Source: Neoechinorhynchus agilis (lineage: Eukaryota > Animalia > Acanthocephala). From it: a stretch of DNA of 64,000 nucleotides. The notes beneath the pieces were generated by a model. The model was not told the origin of the DNA and did not search any database. It worked only from the letters and a program-made list of their open reading frames with translations. Made by a program: the position numbers and the translations under genes. Location: positions 15,701,480 through 15,765,479 of the forward strand of contig CM121342.1 of NCBI GenBank assembly GCA_051530055.1, written 5' to 3'. The first letter of the stretch is position 1. Every line of letters begins with the position of its first letter. This document shows positions 1 through 10,293 of this stretch, piece after piece.

Positions 1-2804
1 ATCTCAAAAGCACGTTCAACTTCTTCAAGCGCTTACTTGGTCATCGATTCAACGACATTGAGCAGTCAGAACTTCCTCATCTTGAATACGAAGCCATCAA
101 AGGCGAAGGAGGCGCAATTTGCGTCAAAGCCGAGTTCGGTAACGAGCGGCGAACATTCTCCATTCCACAAATCCATGCAATGATGCTCGCTAAGCTCACT
201 TCATCTGCCGTTCATGCTTGTGGTCTTAGTGCAAACATCGAAATGACCGATTGCGTCCTCAGTGTCCCCGTCTTTGCTACCGATATCGAAAGAAGAGCTC
301 TTCTCGAATGTACTCGAATCGCCAACATAAACTGTCTACGTGTGCTGCCCGACACCACTGCTGCTGCTCTTTGCTACGGTCTATATCACCAAGATCTTCC
401 TCAACCGAACGAAGAATCAAGACTCGTCGCTTTTGTCGATATCGGATACACGAGTGTGCAGTGCGCTGTAGTGGCGTTCAATCAGGGACGCCTAAAAGTT
501 CTAGGAGTGTCTTATGATGCTAACCTTGGAGGAAGAGATTTCGACCGAGCGCTATCGCAACCTGTCTCATGTATAGGCGATTCGGTAATTATCCCTTATT
601 CATCAATACAATCCGCATCTTCTTTAGTTACTGTTGTTCATACGAACATCTAAGATTTCATATCGACGGATGGCCGCCGATTCTACGCATTTTCGACTTT
701 TCTTTTTTCGCTTTTTGACCGGGAAATGTAATCTAGACCGCATATTCTTTAGTTACTTTTCAAGAGAACATCTAAGATTTCATATCGACGGATGGCCACC
801 GATTCTACGCATTCTGAACTTCTGGCCGAATTCCTTTACTTTTTCGCTATGGGGCGGGTTGCCATAATGTTTCATTTTAAAGACGAAATTCAAAAGGTCA
901 GAGGAGTGGACATTAGCAAAGGCAAGCGGGGCTGGTTGCGCTTAGGACAGCAATGTGAACGAATTAAAAAGATGATGTCCACAATTTCGGCGATTGTTCC
1001 AATTGATGTTGAGTGTCTCGTTGAGGGCGAAGACTACCATTCCCAAATGTGCCGTAGTGACTTTGAAGACCTTTGTGCTAATCTATTTGATCGGATTAAG
1101 AAGACAATGTCCGACGTTCTGACAAATGCTCAAGTCGAGAAAGTCCACTCAGTTGAGATTGTTGGTGGTAGCACTAGACTGCCTCGAGTAAAAACATTGA
1201 TTCGTGAAGTGTTCGGACACGAGGCCAGCACTACTTTGAACGCCGACGAGGCCGTCGCCCGTGGATGCACTCTGATGTGTGCAATCCTTAGTCCGAATTT
1301 CAAGGTACGAGAGTATAAAATCGAAGATTGCCAACCTTATCCAATAACAATCTCATGGAAAGGATCCTGCGAAGATGAGGACACTGAAGTTGAAGTTTTT
1401 AACCATCGAAGCTCAGTACCGATGAGCAAAATGCTTTCCTTCTATAAAAGCGAACCTCTAGTCCTCGATGCTAGATACTCTTATCCAAATGACGTCCCTA
1501 TCGGTGAGAGTAGAATCGGTCTTTTCAGAATCCACGATATCGTTCCAGATTCTAGAGCCTGCTTGCTCTCTCAAATATGAATTTCATTTTATAGCTAAAG
1601 AATTGAGTTGCCACATTTTAATGGGCGATTCGGTCACAGTGGCGATACCACTGACGTCACTGTCGGTTCTTTCGCGCGTTCTCCTCGTTCTTCGATAAGA
1701 TTTCGCTTTCCTCTTCTCTTTTTTCCTTTTCCATTTGAAGACCAAGCATGCTAAAAAGGAAACCCTTCAAAGGTGAAAGTAAAAGTACGAATCAATCGAA
1801 ACGGTATTCTCGAAATAAATCAGGCATTTCTGGTTGAGACAGTAGAGGAGGAAGTTCCAACTTCATCTGAACCGGCCGAGCCTGCTGTTTCGGCTGATGA
1901 TGCGGCTGCTGCTGGTGCACAAAGTGAAGATCAGAATTCTGGTTTACCTCAAACCATTACTGAAGAGGATAAGAAAGTGAAGCAGAAAGTAAAAAATCAT
2001 CCTTTGACTGTAGTGGCTAAACCGACCTTTGAAACTAATCCGGATAATCTTCTTCGATTGATTGAACAAGAGGCGGAGATGCAAGCGATGGATAAACAGC
2101 AAAAGGAGCGAGCTGATGCAAAGAACGCCCTTGAAGAGTACATATACGAAATGCGGGATAAGCTCGGGTCTTCATTGAGTTCGTTTGTCGGTGCCGACGA
2201 CAAGACTCGGTTCAGTCGGCTACTTAACGAATCGGAGAAGTGGCTACTTGACGACGATGAATCCGAAGTGTGTGAAAAGAATGTGTTTGTGAGCAAATTG
2301 AATGTACTTAAATCCATGGGGGATCCAATCAAAAAACGTGCTTATGAGTTCACTCATAAGACGCCGGCGTTTGAGAAACTAGCTAAACAAATTCAGTTGT
2401 TCGAGAAGGCTTATCATTTGTGGTCTACTAAAAAGTCCTACCAGCATATTAGCGAGGATGAGATGAGCAAGGTTATGAAAGCCATTGAGGACAAACGGCG
2501 ATGGCTGTTTGAAAAACAAGCACAGTCCGCCGCGGTTAGTCCAGAAAAAGATTGTACGGTTTTCAACGTGGCAGCGATCAAGCAGCAACAGGCTGATCTT
2601 GAACGAGTATGTAACGGAGTTTTGAACAAACCAGTTCCACCGCCGCCGCCACCACCAAAGAAAAAAGCTGATCCGTCTGAAAAGACAATAAACGATTCTG
2701 CTGGAACAGCCGACAATGGAAAAGGAAATGCGAGTGATGAAGGATTCGCTCAACAGCAGCAGCAGCAACAACAATCAATGGACGATGCAATGGACGTTGA
2801 CTGA
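1..2804 (+). CDS. HSPA4: HSP110/HSPA4-family Hsp70 chaperone (5' partial), interrupted by two non-canonical insertions (555-866, 1555-1755)
   Basis: Motifs FKRLLG, LRVLPDTTAAALCYG, LGGRDFD, VEIVGGSTRLP, TTLNADEAVARGC, KVKVKVRIN, ERADAKNALEEYIYEMRDKL; C-terminal poly-P/poly-Q tail ending MDVD; no other stops or frameshifts in the exons. Confidence 0.93.
555..866 (+). other. Non-canonical intervening sequence 1 (312 nt) in HSP110: TA direct repeat plus terminal inverted repeat
   Basis: TA at 553-554 and 865-866; ends tcgcaacctgtctcat / atggggcgggttgcca pair at 15 of 16 positions (3 G-U); removal gives FDRALMFHFKDE. Confidence 0.85.
1555..1755 (+). other. Non-canonical intervening sequence 2 (about 201 nt) in HSP110 with terminal inverted repeat
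   Basis: Follows TA 1553-1554; agcctgcttgctct pairs with agaccaagcatgct; removal gives IVPDSKGNPSKVKVKVR; exact junction uncertain by a few nt. Confidence 0.75.
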
Positions 2805-3675
2805 ACCGATCGCGTCATTTTTCTCGAAGAGGTTCCTAATAAATCTGACTGCGACTTGAAGAAATCATCAAAGTGACTTACGCGTAATGATGTTAAATCG
2901 GTGTCAATTCCTTTGTATGAAATCTTATACGATTATTACCTCTAAGACTGAACGCGTATGTCCCATGAGCGTATTCAAAGGTAATGATGAAATAACGGAA
3001 GAGCCGTTTGAATGTACTTACGCATTCTGATGATTTTCCTCCTTCTGAACCAACTGACGTTAACATTGAGGTAGGTTTTGGAAGCGAAATCAACATTATT
3101 GGAAAGGGACTGATTTTTTCAGTCCGTCTCCATTGAAATCTATAGAAAAGTTTCCGTTAGCTCGCTTTCTTCGTTTTTCAAGGGATACGAATTTTTGCTA
3201 CAGCTTACTCGATGCCCATGATAGCCATTTTCATTTTCGAAGTTAATATGTTTTCGCAACCGGTGATTATGGGGTGCATAGTGGCGAACGGCCATATAAC
3301 ATCTTAAGGATCCAATATCTTCATCAAAACTAAATACAACCCAGAACAACTGGGGAGTCGGCTTTACACACAAAACGAAATACAATACCTACTTGTAAAT
3401 ACCAACGAAGAAATGGCCGTATTCCATCGCTTTGAAGGCGACTCCATTACAATATCGAGATGTTATGCAAAATGTTTCTAATTACTTGTCTCAAATCCTT
3501 GAAAAATGAGCTCCGCAGAATACGTTCAATCTTCTATTTCGGTGGAACGTTCAAAATACAATTTATCTGCAGTGACGTCTTGCGACAATTTGAAAATTTC
3601 ATTGTCAAACATTAATTAGGAGGATCCTAAAAAGTTATAGAAGAGATTTTGATGCGCAATCTTTGTTTGCGTAGT

Positions 3676-3730
3676 CCGAAGACATCCATTCTCTCGAAGT
3701 CCATTCCCTCGAAATCCATTCCCTCGAAAC
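3676..3730. repeat. Short tandem repeat, about 15-bp unit x3
   Basis: tccattc(t/c)ctcgaa repeated three times. Confidence 0.7.
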
Positions 3731-5280
3731 CTTCCACAAGAGAGCAGCGAGAATATGCGGGACTTCACTCCCTCCCCTCGACGCCCACCTGCACTCCATT
3801 TTCTCCAAAAACGCCCTCCGTCTTCTTCAACCCCCTCCACAATTTTCTTCGTTCATCTCTAAATACTCGTCCCTAGTAAACACCCGCAACCCCAACCTTT
3901 TTCATCCCCCCCTTGCTCGTACCACCCTCTACCAAAAATCTTTCCTAACCCAAGCCCAATCTTTCCTTAACAACCGGAAAACAAGGAAAGACTCCCAATC
4001 GGTCATCTCCTGTACAAAGCCTCCGATCGCACATTAAAACTCCTTCAAAGACAAGTCCCACCTCCCTTGCCTTCAACATCCGTCATCCAGGCACCTTCAG
4101 CAAAGGTAGATGCTGGCTAGTGTATGGATCGTTCTTTTCTTAAATTAATAAAACGTGTTTATATTATATAATGCTCTTATTACCAACAAGCTCGCGTCGG
4201 ACGATACTCCATTTGGCGCAGGCAGCGGACTCCCAAGCAAAATCAGTCGGTTCGATCACTCCTAGACCTAAAAAACGTTAACTGACATGTCGCTTAATGC
4301 CGCATTTTCTTCTCCTATAATTCGACGACTTACTTGGATCTGTGCTACTGGCGGAGAGCGTTTGGCTCGAGCATTCGGCATGAACTCAAATTAGTGCATT
4401 ATCTTGGCACGCTACATGATCTGAAATTGCGGAATGTCGAGAGTAACCAACTTTGATGTAAAAATTTAAGATCATCTCGTTAAACGTTCATCTTTTTAAT
4501 CTAGCCATCAGGTTTTTCTGTTCACAGAATGCCAACGCTTGTCTATGGTGGACACGTTTCTGGCTACCTTTAGTAACAAATTTCTCACGACAATGACGCG
4601 TGTGGGATAGTCTAATCTCTGGCTCAAACTTTTGTCACTACAAGGAAGGCAAATGATGAGGGCCATAAAAATTGAGGGGGCACTGTTTTATCCACTTAGA
4701 TGAGAAACGGATAACTTCCATCGCCTCGTATTCCACATAAAAGGTGGTATACGGTTTCCCCAAAACGTTTTCGACCTTGGCAACATGCAGCCGTCTGTGA
4801 CAAACGCGCTGAGCGCTGAACATGCTGGAGGTTGTTAAAAAAAGCCCAATTTTCCATTTTACCACCTAAACCTTTTAATGCAAGATCGTGCGATATCGTT
4901 CTATATTGCAAATCTAATGATAAAGCATCTACCAACGGGCCTCCACCTGTCTAAAAGCAACAAATGTAGTTGAATTCACAACTATGGTTTTCACCGCACA
5001 GGTCGTGATTGCAGCTTCTGTTGAAGAATGGTCTGATATCGACATAGCTTATGACATCTTAGTTAAACAAAAAAGTAAAAAGGTGCGCTTAGCCATTCTC
5101 GATTTATGAAAGGGCGCTCACGAAATTCACAAATGCATCGATCACAGATGCCATGAGTTTTTAGCTAGGAAGTCAGTCCTTACGGCTACCAGAGAAATTA
5201 TCTCTTTATTTCAGAGTGATACCAAATTTATGAATATAGTGATAGCTTTGAACATATTCCTGACGGTAGATTTTCCATCT

Positions 5281-5420
5281 ACGGACATCTCACTACAGGA
5301 TATTCCCACCCGAACGGACATCCCCAGACCGGGTGTTTCCACGCGAACGGACATCCCCTGACTGGATATTTCCAACCGAACGGACATAACCAGATCGGAT
5401 ATTCCCAACCGAACGAACTT
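5281..5420. repeat. Minisatellite, about 33-bp unit x4
   Basis: Repeated ggatattccca(a/c)ccgaacggacat units. Confidence 0.8.
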
Positions 5421-6955
5421 CCTTCGACCTCACCAAAATCGCAATCCATAGTTTCAATCCAACATTGTTTATCGGTCAAATAACGATTACCCTATCTTCA
5501 TAAAAACAATGCCACAATGAGGACCCAAAATTAAGTGGTTCCAATTTTTTTTAACAAATCAATGAACGTGTTGTTATTACAGTAGAGTACCCAAGGATCT
5601 TCTCATTCACCTATACTGTTTTGTTTGACCACAAGAAATCACATTAAACGCCAACGGTAAGAACTAGTTTATCATCGTTGCATTTTTTTAGTTAATAACT
5701 GGGCTAGACCTTGATCTCAGAAAGACTGAGTTCATTTTAAACTCTCGTTCCACCGTACGGAAACGTAAGATAAGATAATTTTACATGGGATATTACAAGG
5801 TGGATAAGGTAATCATAAAAATAGAAATTCCAAGGCAAATTCAAGCATTAAGAGCGTTATAAAAAATCTCAAGAAGCTTTTAAAAGTGGCACAGGTCACC
5901 TAAAATCAATCTGGAACTCATGCATCTTGTGGGCCTCGTTTTTTGCTCCAGAGACTGTTAACCTGAACACCTCATAGCACTTACCAGGATCATGACACGG
6001 ATTAATTGATAATTTCCGATTGACAGTTGCTGTTTTCCGAAACTAGATATATATTTTTCTTCCAAGTTGTTGCTTTTGCGTGTTAATCCGTTCGCCCGGC
6101 ACTGTGTGCTGATAAGCGGTAGTGACAGGTGCGTGGATTCTAGAGGAAATATAATTGCATGTACGAACAATGATGAAATCAATGGAAAATGTCGTATGGA
6201 ATGCCACACACACATAGCGCTTCTCTTGGTGTTTCTATTGGTGGAAAACTATTTTTGTAAATATAAGCGTCAAATCGCGATGTCGGTATTGCGATTTTCG
6301 TATGCCATCGCATTTTGCTACCGGATAATGTTTGATACTACTAGCGTTTAAAGCTGAAATGGAGATTAACTCTCAAAATCACCAACTTTTGGTTCGCTCT
6401 CTTTTTTTGTAAAGTTTTTACGATATTGCCCTGAATTTAAAACGCAAATACAATCGAGAATCAATCGAAATTTATAATTAGATTTCATAGCTAATCACTG
6501 TTGTCCTTTTTGTTGGATAGTGGTATTGATATCCATTTTCCCTTAAGGGACGCATCTTCACCCATATACACCCCTAAGATTGAGTTACAATTTTTTAAAG
6601 GATGGAAATAGTAGAGCACAATATCATGCTTTAACTAGTCATTATCGGTAAGATTTATGTTGCATGATGATTACCGAATCCGCTTTTTGTGAACGCTACG
6701 TCGGAGGAGAATGATGAAAAGTGCTGAAAATGATGATGTTACAATGGTCGAATTTCGTCAATGATGACCTGGCTCAAGATTCGAGCTGAGGACAGAACGT
6801 TTATGTCGATATCGAATTCGTTAACTATGTCTTTTACAATACTCTTGATAAAACAGTCAGATCTTTTTTGAAATCGAAATAACTTTTGAGTTTTTGATCA
6901 CTGCGATTTAATATTCAAGCGTTAATCGACAAGAATTCCTAAAATTACTTTCCAG

Positions 6956-7780
6956 TTGGCCGTGATGACCTCTGAAACTCGGGGTTACGGTTCCCATGGC
7001 AACGTTAACAAATTAGAAAGATGGAAGGTGTTTTATTGGTTACTCGCAGGAATGAAACGGACTCTCGGCAGTTCGGTTGAGTTTTATTCAGTTAGCGAAA
7101 ACGATTGTGAGGAGCCCGTTAAATCGCTATGTCAAATATTCAAGGCATATTTCCAGACTAAATCCGTACAGCGCTTGTCCATGAGCATGGTAACTTGTGC
7201 ATTTACTTTCATTAACAAGCAAATATTCATTTTAGCTTTTGATATCTTTAACCGGAGTTCTCGTCCACTACATTCCGGATCAGTGGCTCGTTATAACCGA
7301 TGAATTGTCTCGGCGTCCCGCCAACGCAAGTTGTGTATCTACAAATAAGTATCCATTGATTAATTTGATCTTTGCAAAAGACCTAATCCAAGCAATTTGT
7401 TCAACAGTTTCTGTTATTTGCCTGTTAATGATAATGATTTATTTAACCCCTGTCTACAATCGATTCATTTACGTATGCTATCAACAAATGGTCGGTTTTA
7501 GAATACTTTCGCGTAAACAAAACAATTTGAGTTCTAGGTCATTGGCTTGTCGGTTATCGGAATAATAAGTTCATTACTGATTTTTGTAACTCTTCTGGCT
7601 ATCTTGGACAAGATGCGACATCAATTGGGTGAGGATTTCTGTGCATACAACGGAGAGTTATTGTGCCCGCTGCTTATTAAACAAGTCTACAGTCAAAAAT
7701 GCTCTATTTCAGTTTTGGCCACAGTGAGTTTTAAAATCTATATGAGAAACGTCGACGCAGTCCTTAGATTTAATTTTTAA
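6956..7780 (+). CDS. Hypothetical multi-exon membrane protein, possibly claudin/PMP22-like 4TM
   Basis: Three adjacent ORFs joined by plausible GT-AG introns (atg|gtaact..tttag, tac|gtatgc..ctag); several hydrophobic segments; start and end uncertain. Confidence 0.4.
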
Positions 7781-8250
7781 TTGCAAAATTTCCAGTTCAC
7801 ATAAGCCACTAAGAAAATGACATTCTTTTAAGTCTGGCGCTATTTTGTATAATCTGTGATGTATAGTTTCGCTGTGTAAACAATCGCCCTGAATTTGAAA
7901 CGACATCAATGATTTTAATGCATATTTCTTAAAAATTAGTATTGGGATTATGTAACGCTTATCTAAATCCGAATTATCCGTTTAGTTATTATGTTTAGTA
8001 ACAACGATTGCATTTTTCGCCAGTGTTCTGACGCGTTTAGAAACACCCGAATCAACTTCTTGACTCTAAATAAAGTTTCTATCAGTAAATGAGTGTCTTG
8101 CTATATTCCAACAATGACATTTCTTCAATCGCGGCGTCAAACAGAGAAAACAAACGCACTTCATTTACCAAACAAAAGAGCTTGTAGCTGCTATGAAAAC
8201 CGATGATCACGGCTCAGTGATTTTGCTCAGTTTTTGTTTGTCTGCGCGGC

Positions 8251-8505
8251 TCATTGAGCTTTATTAACCTCAATACACGCATCGATCCACTCGTTGAACA
8301 CGTCAACAGGCTGACTGAGATTTGTTATTCTGGTTCGATAGCTCACTTTGCATGACCTACAAGCAATCTCTGCCAACAAACATTCTCGATACATCCTTAC
8401 TGCGCAACTGCCAGCTCTATGACAAAAAGGACAATTGAACGAAGTGTCCAAAATTCGCTTCCTTCTTTGAACTGGCGCTTTACGCCGCGATTTCCTTTTC
8501 CCCAT
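8251..8505 (-). CDS. ELOF1: Transcription elongation factor 1 homolog (Elf1 zinc ribbon)
   Basis: MGKRKSRRK...LDTSFNCPFC...CRSC...ITNLSQPVDVFNEWIDAC. Confidence 0.95.
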   Translation of the reverse strand: MGKRKSRRKAPVQRRKRILDTSFNCPFCHRAGSCAVRMYRECLLAEIACRSCKVSYRTRITNLSQPVDVFNEWIDACIEVNKAQ

Positions 8506-8629
8506 CAACCAATCTGAAACGAAACGTATACACAAAAAAATAACAAAAGACTGTTCGCACATGATTTTGCTTCCAAAAATCACACAGATCTAGTATATAA
8601 AGCGAAAACCGTACGTGTACCATCGAGAC

Positions 8630-8910
8630 GAGGAGAGAAAATTTAACCTAAAATTTCACAGTTGGTTTTCCCCAACAAGATTTTCAACTAAGAATCAAAA
8701 CTCCTCTCAACCCTACCATCACAATTTTTACTCCATTTTATTCCCCTTTTCATACGAGCACAACACTCGCAATCCCAATTCCATTCACCATCCCTCTACC
8801 TCCGATCTTTTTACCATGCTGCCCAACCTTCTCGGATACCATGACCCGAAATGAGCTGGGGAGAGACAAACCTTACAAGCGCTCCTAAAAACAGTAACAA
8901 GCAGCTTTCG
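8630..8910. repeat. Dispersed repeat (decayed element fragment), also at about 35100-35330
   Basis: Shared strings accctaccatcacaattt and gacaaaccttacaagcgctc. Confidence 0.65.
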
Positions 8911-9908
8911 TACCCGACCTGAACTGTAATCCACACTCCAAAATCAACAGCCACCTTCATTTATCCAATCAGAACTCGAGTGTTCATGAGGACCCAATGG
9001 TGCGTGGTTCCGCTTCCTTTTGAATTAATATATAAACGTATTATTATTCAGATAATTAAACATTATGGGATAAATATTGGGAAAGAATGAGTGAAGACTC
9101 ACCAAAAAACCGCACGTTTTGTCATTTGAAGATAGGAGCCATCAAAACGGTTGTCAAACGTGACCTTTTTCAATGAAAAGAACCACAATGTGGAGGAACT
9201 ATCAACAAATAGCATATGACACCATTGCGGATTAAATAACAATGGAACAAGACTCTTCTTTTCCTAGGCGCTCTTCGGGGTACTATGAAAATGTTTGTGT
9301 TTAATTTGATTCTCGCAGAAGTAAGATCAAGTAATGATGTAGATTGTGGAGAATACGATGACACAAACAAACCAAATTCAGGCGCTAGATACGACATTGA
9401 AAGACCTGCTTAGAAATGGATGCGAGGATCTTTGGTGCTCAGTCAAACGCAGGTCAACAACGGCTGACGAAATTAGTTTGACGACACGTTCAGTTCACTA
9501 ATCGTTGGTGAACCGTTCTACAACCGTTCACTTCTTTTTTTCCGAGTGCGTATTAAAAGTGCAGTACTAACAGAGTACAAAACAGCGAACCCCCAACAGA
9601 CTCTGGAGACCACTGTAATAATCAATCTTCATCATCGTCTCGAATTCTAGTATTCGGCCAACGTCAAATCATCGGGATCACGCGACAGGGGGCTCAACAT
9701 TAACACACACAGACGAATTCTCGAATTCGAGGCCCTTCCTGGTAACGCCGGATAAAATGGTTACTTGCTTAGGAATTTTATGAATGGTGCATTAAATCTG
9801 GAAGAACATAGTACTTCTTTTTGCGAAATCAGTGAATTCGGATTTTGAGTGTACAAATAAAAATTCACTCAAAGGTTGTTCAACCTGCTGGTTCATTGAT
9901 TTTATGAC

Positions 9909-9981
9909 GCATTCGTAGTGTAGTGGTTATCACGCCTGTTTCACACGCAGGAGGTCCTCGGTTCGATCCCGAGCGAGTGCA
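9909..9981 (+). tRNA. tRNA-Val(CAC)
   Basis: Acceptor stem GCATTCG/CGAGTGC, D arm gtagtgtagtggttatcac, anticodon loop ttCACac, T loop ggttcgatcc. Confidence 0.93.
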
Positions 9982-10293
9982 GGCCAGAGCGAAACTCCTT
10001 TTAAATACAAAATATTCGAGTTTGCGACTAGTAAAAGTCAATTTTTTTAGAACGCACTATCGTAAGAACGTTCGAATGAAAAAGTTTATGGGCAATTTAA
10101 AACACTATTTTTCGAACCCGACACAACATCGGGTTTGCGATCTTTCAGCATTGCGCTCAGATACTATTTTTAAAGCTCATTTTTACACTGCAGCTTTTTT
10201 ACTCAAAGAAGTTTACGCTTGTGCTAAAAAGCCAAAAGAGCTGTGAATTTTACAAGCTCTCCTTTTTTGCAATTTTGTCTAATAGATCTCAAA

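Noticed and set aside
585-896. Canonical GT(585)-AG(896) splice as an explanation of HSP110 insert 1
   Set aside because: In frame and length-neutral, but it replaces the conserved MFHFKDEIQK helix with insert-derived SQPVSCIGDS and must skip a better AG at 881-882. Not excluded without cDNA.
1997-2790. Antisense ORFs over HSP110, and similar shadow ORFs over SAC1, eIF4E2, RAB27 and 57351-57854
   Set aside because: Shadow frames of real genes with low-complexity translations.
5281-5420. CRISPR-like appearance of the repeat
   Set aside because: Units are contiguous with no unique spacers, and the context is eukaryotic.
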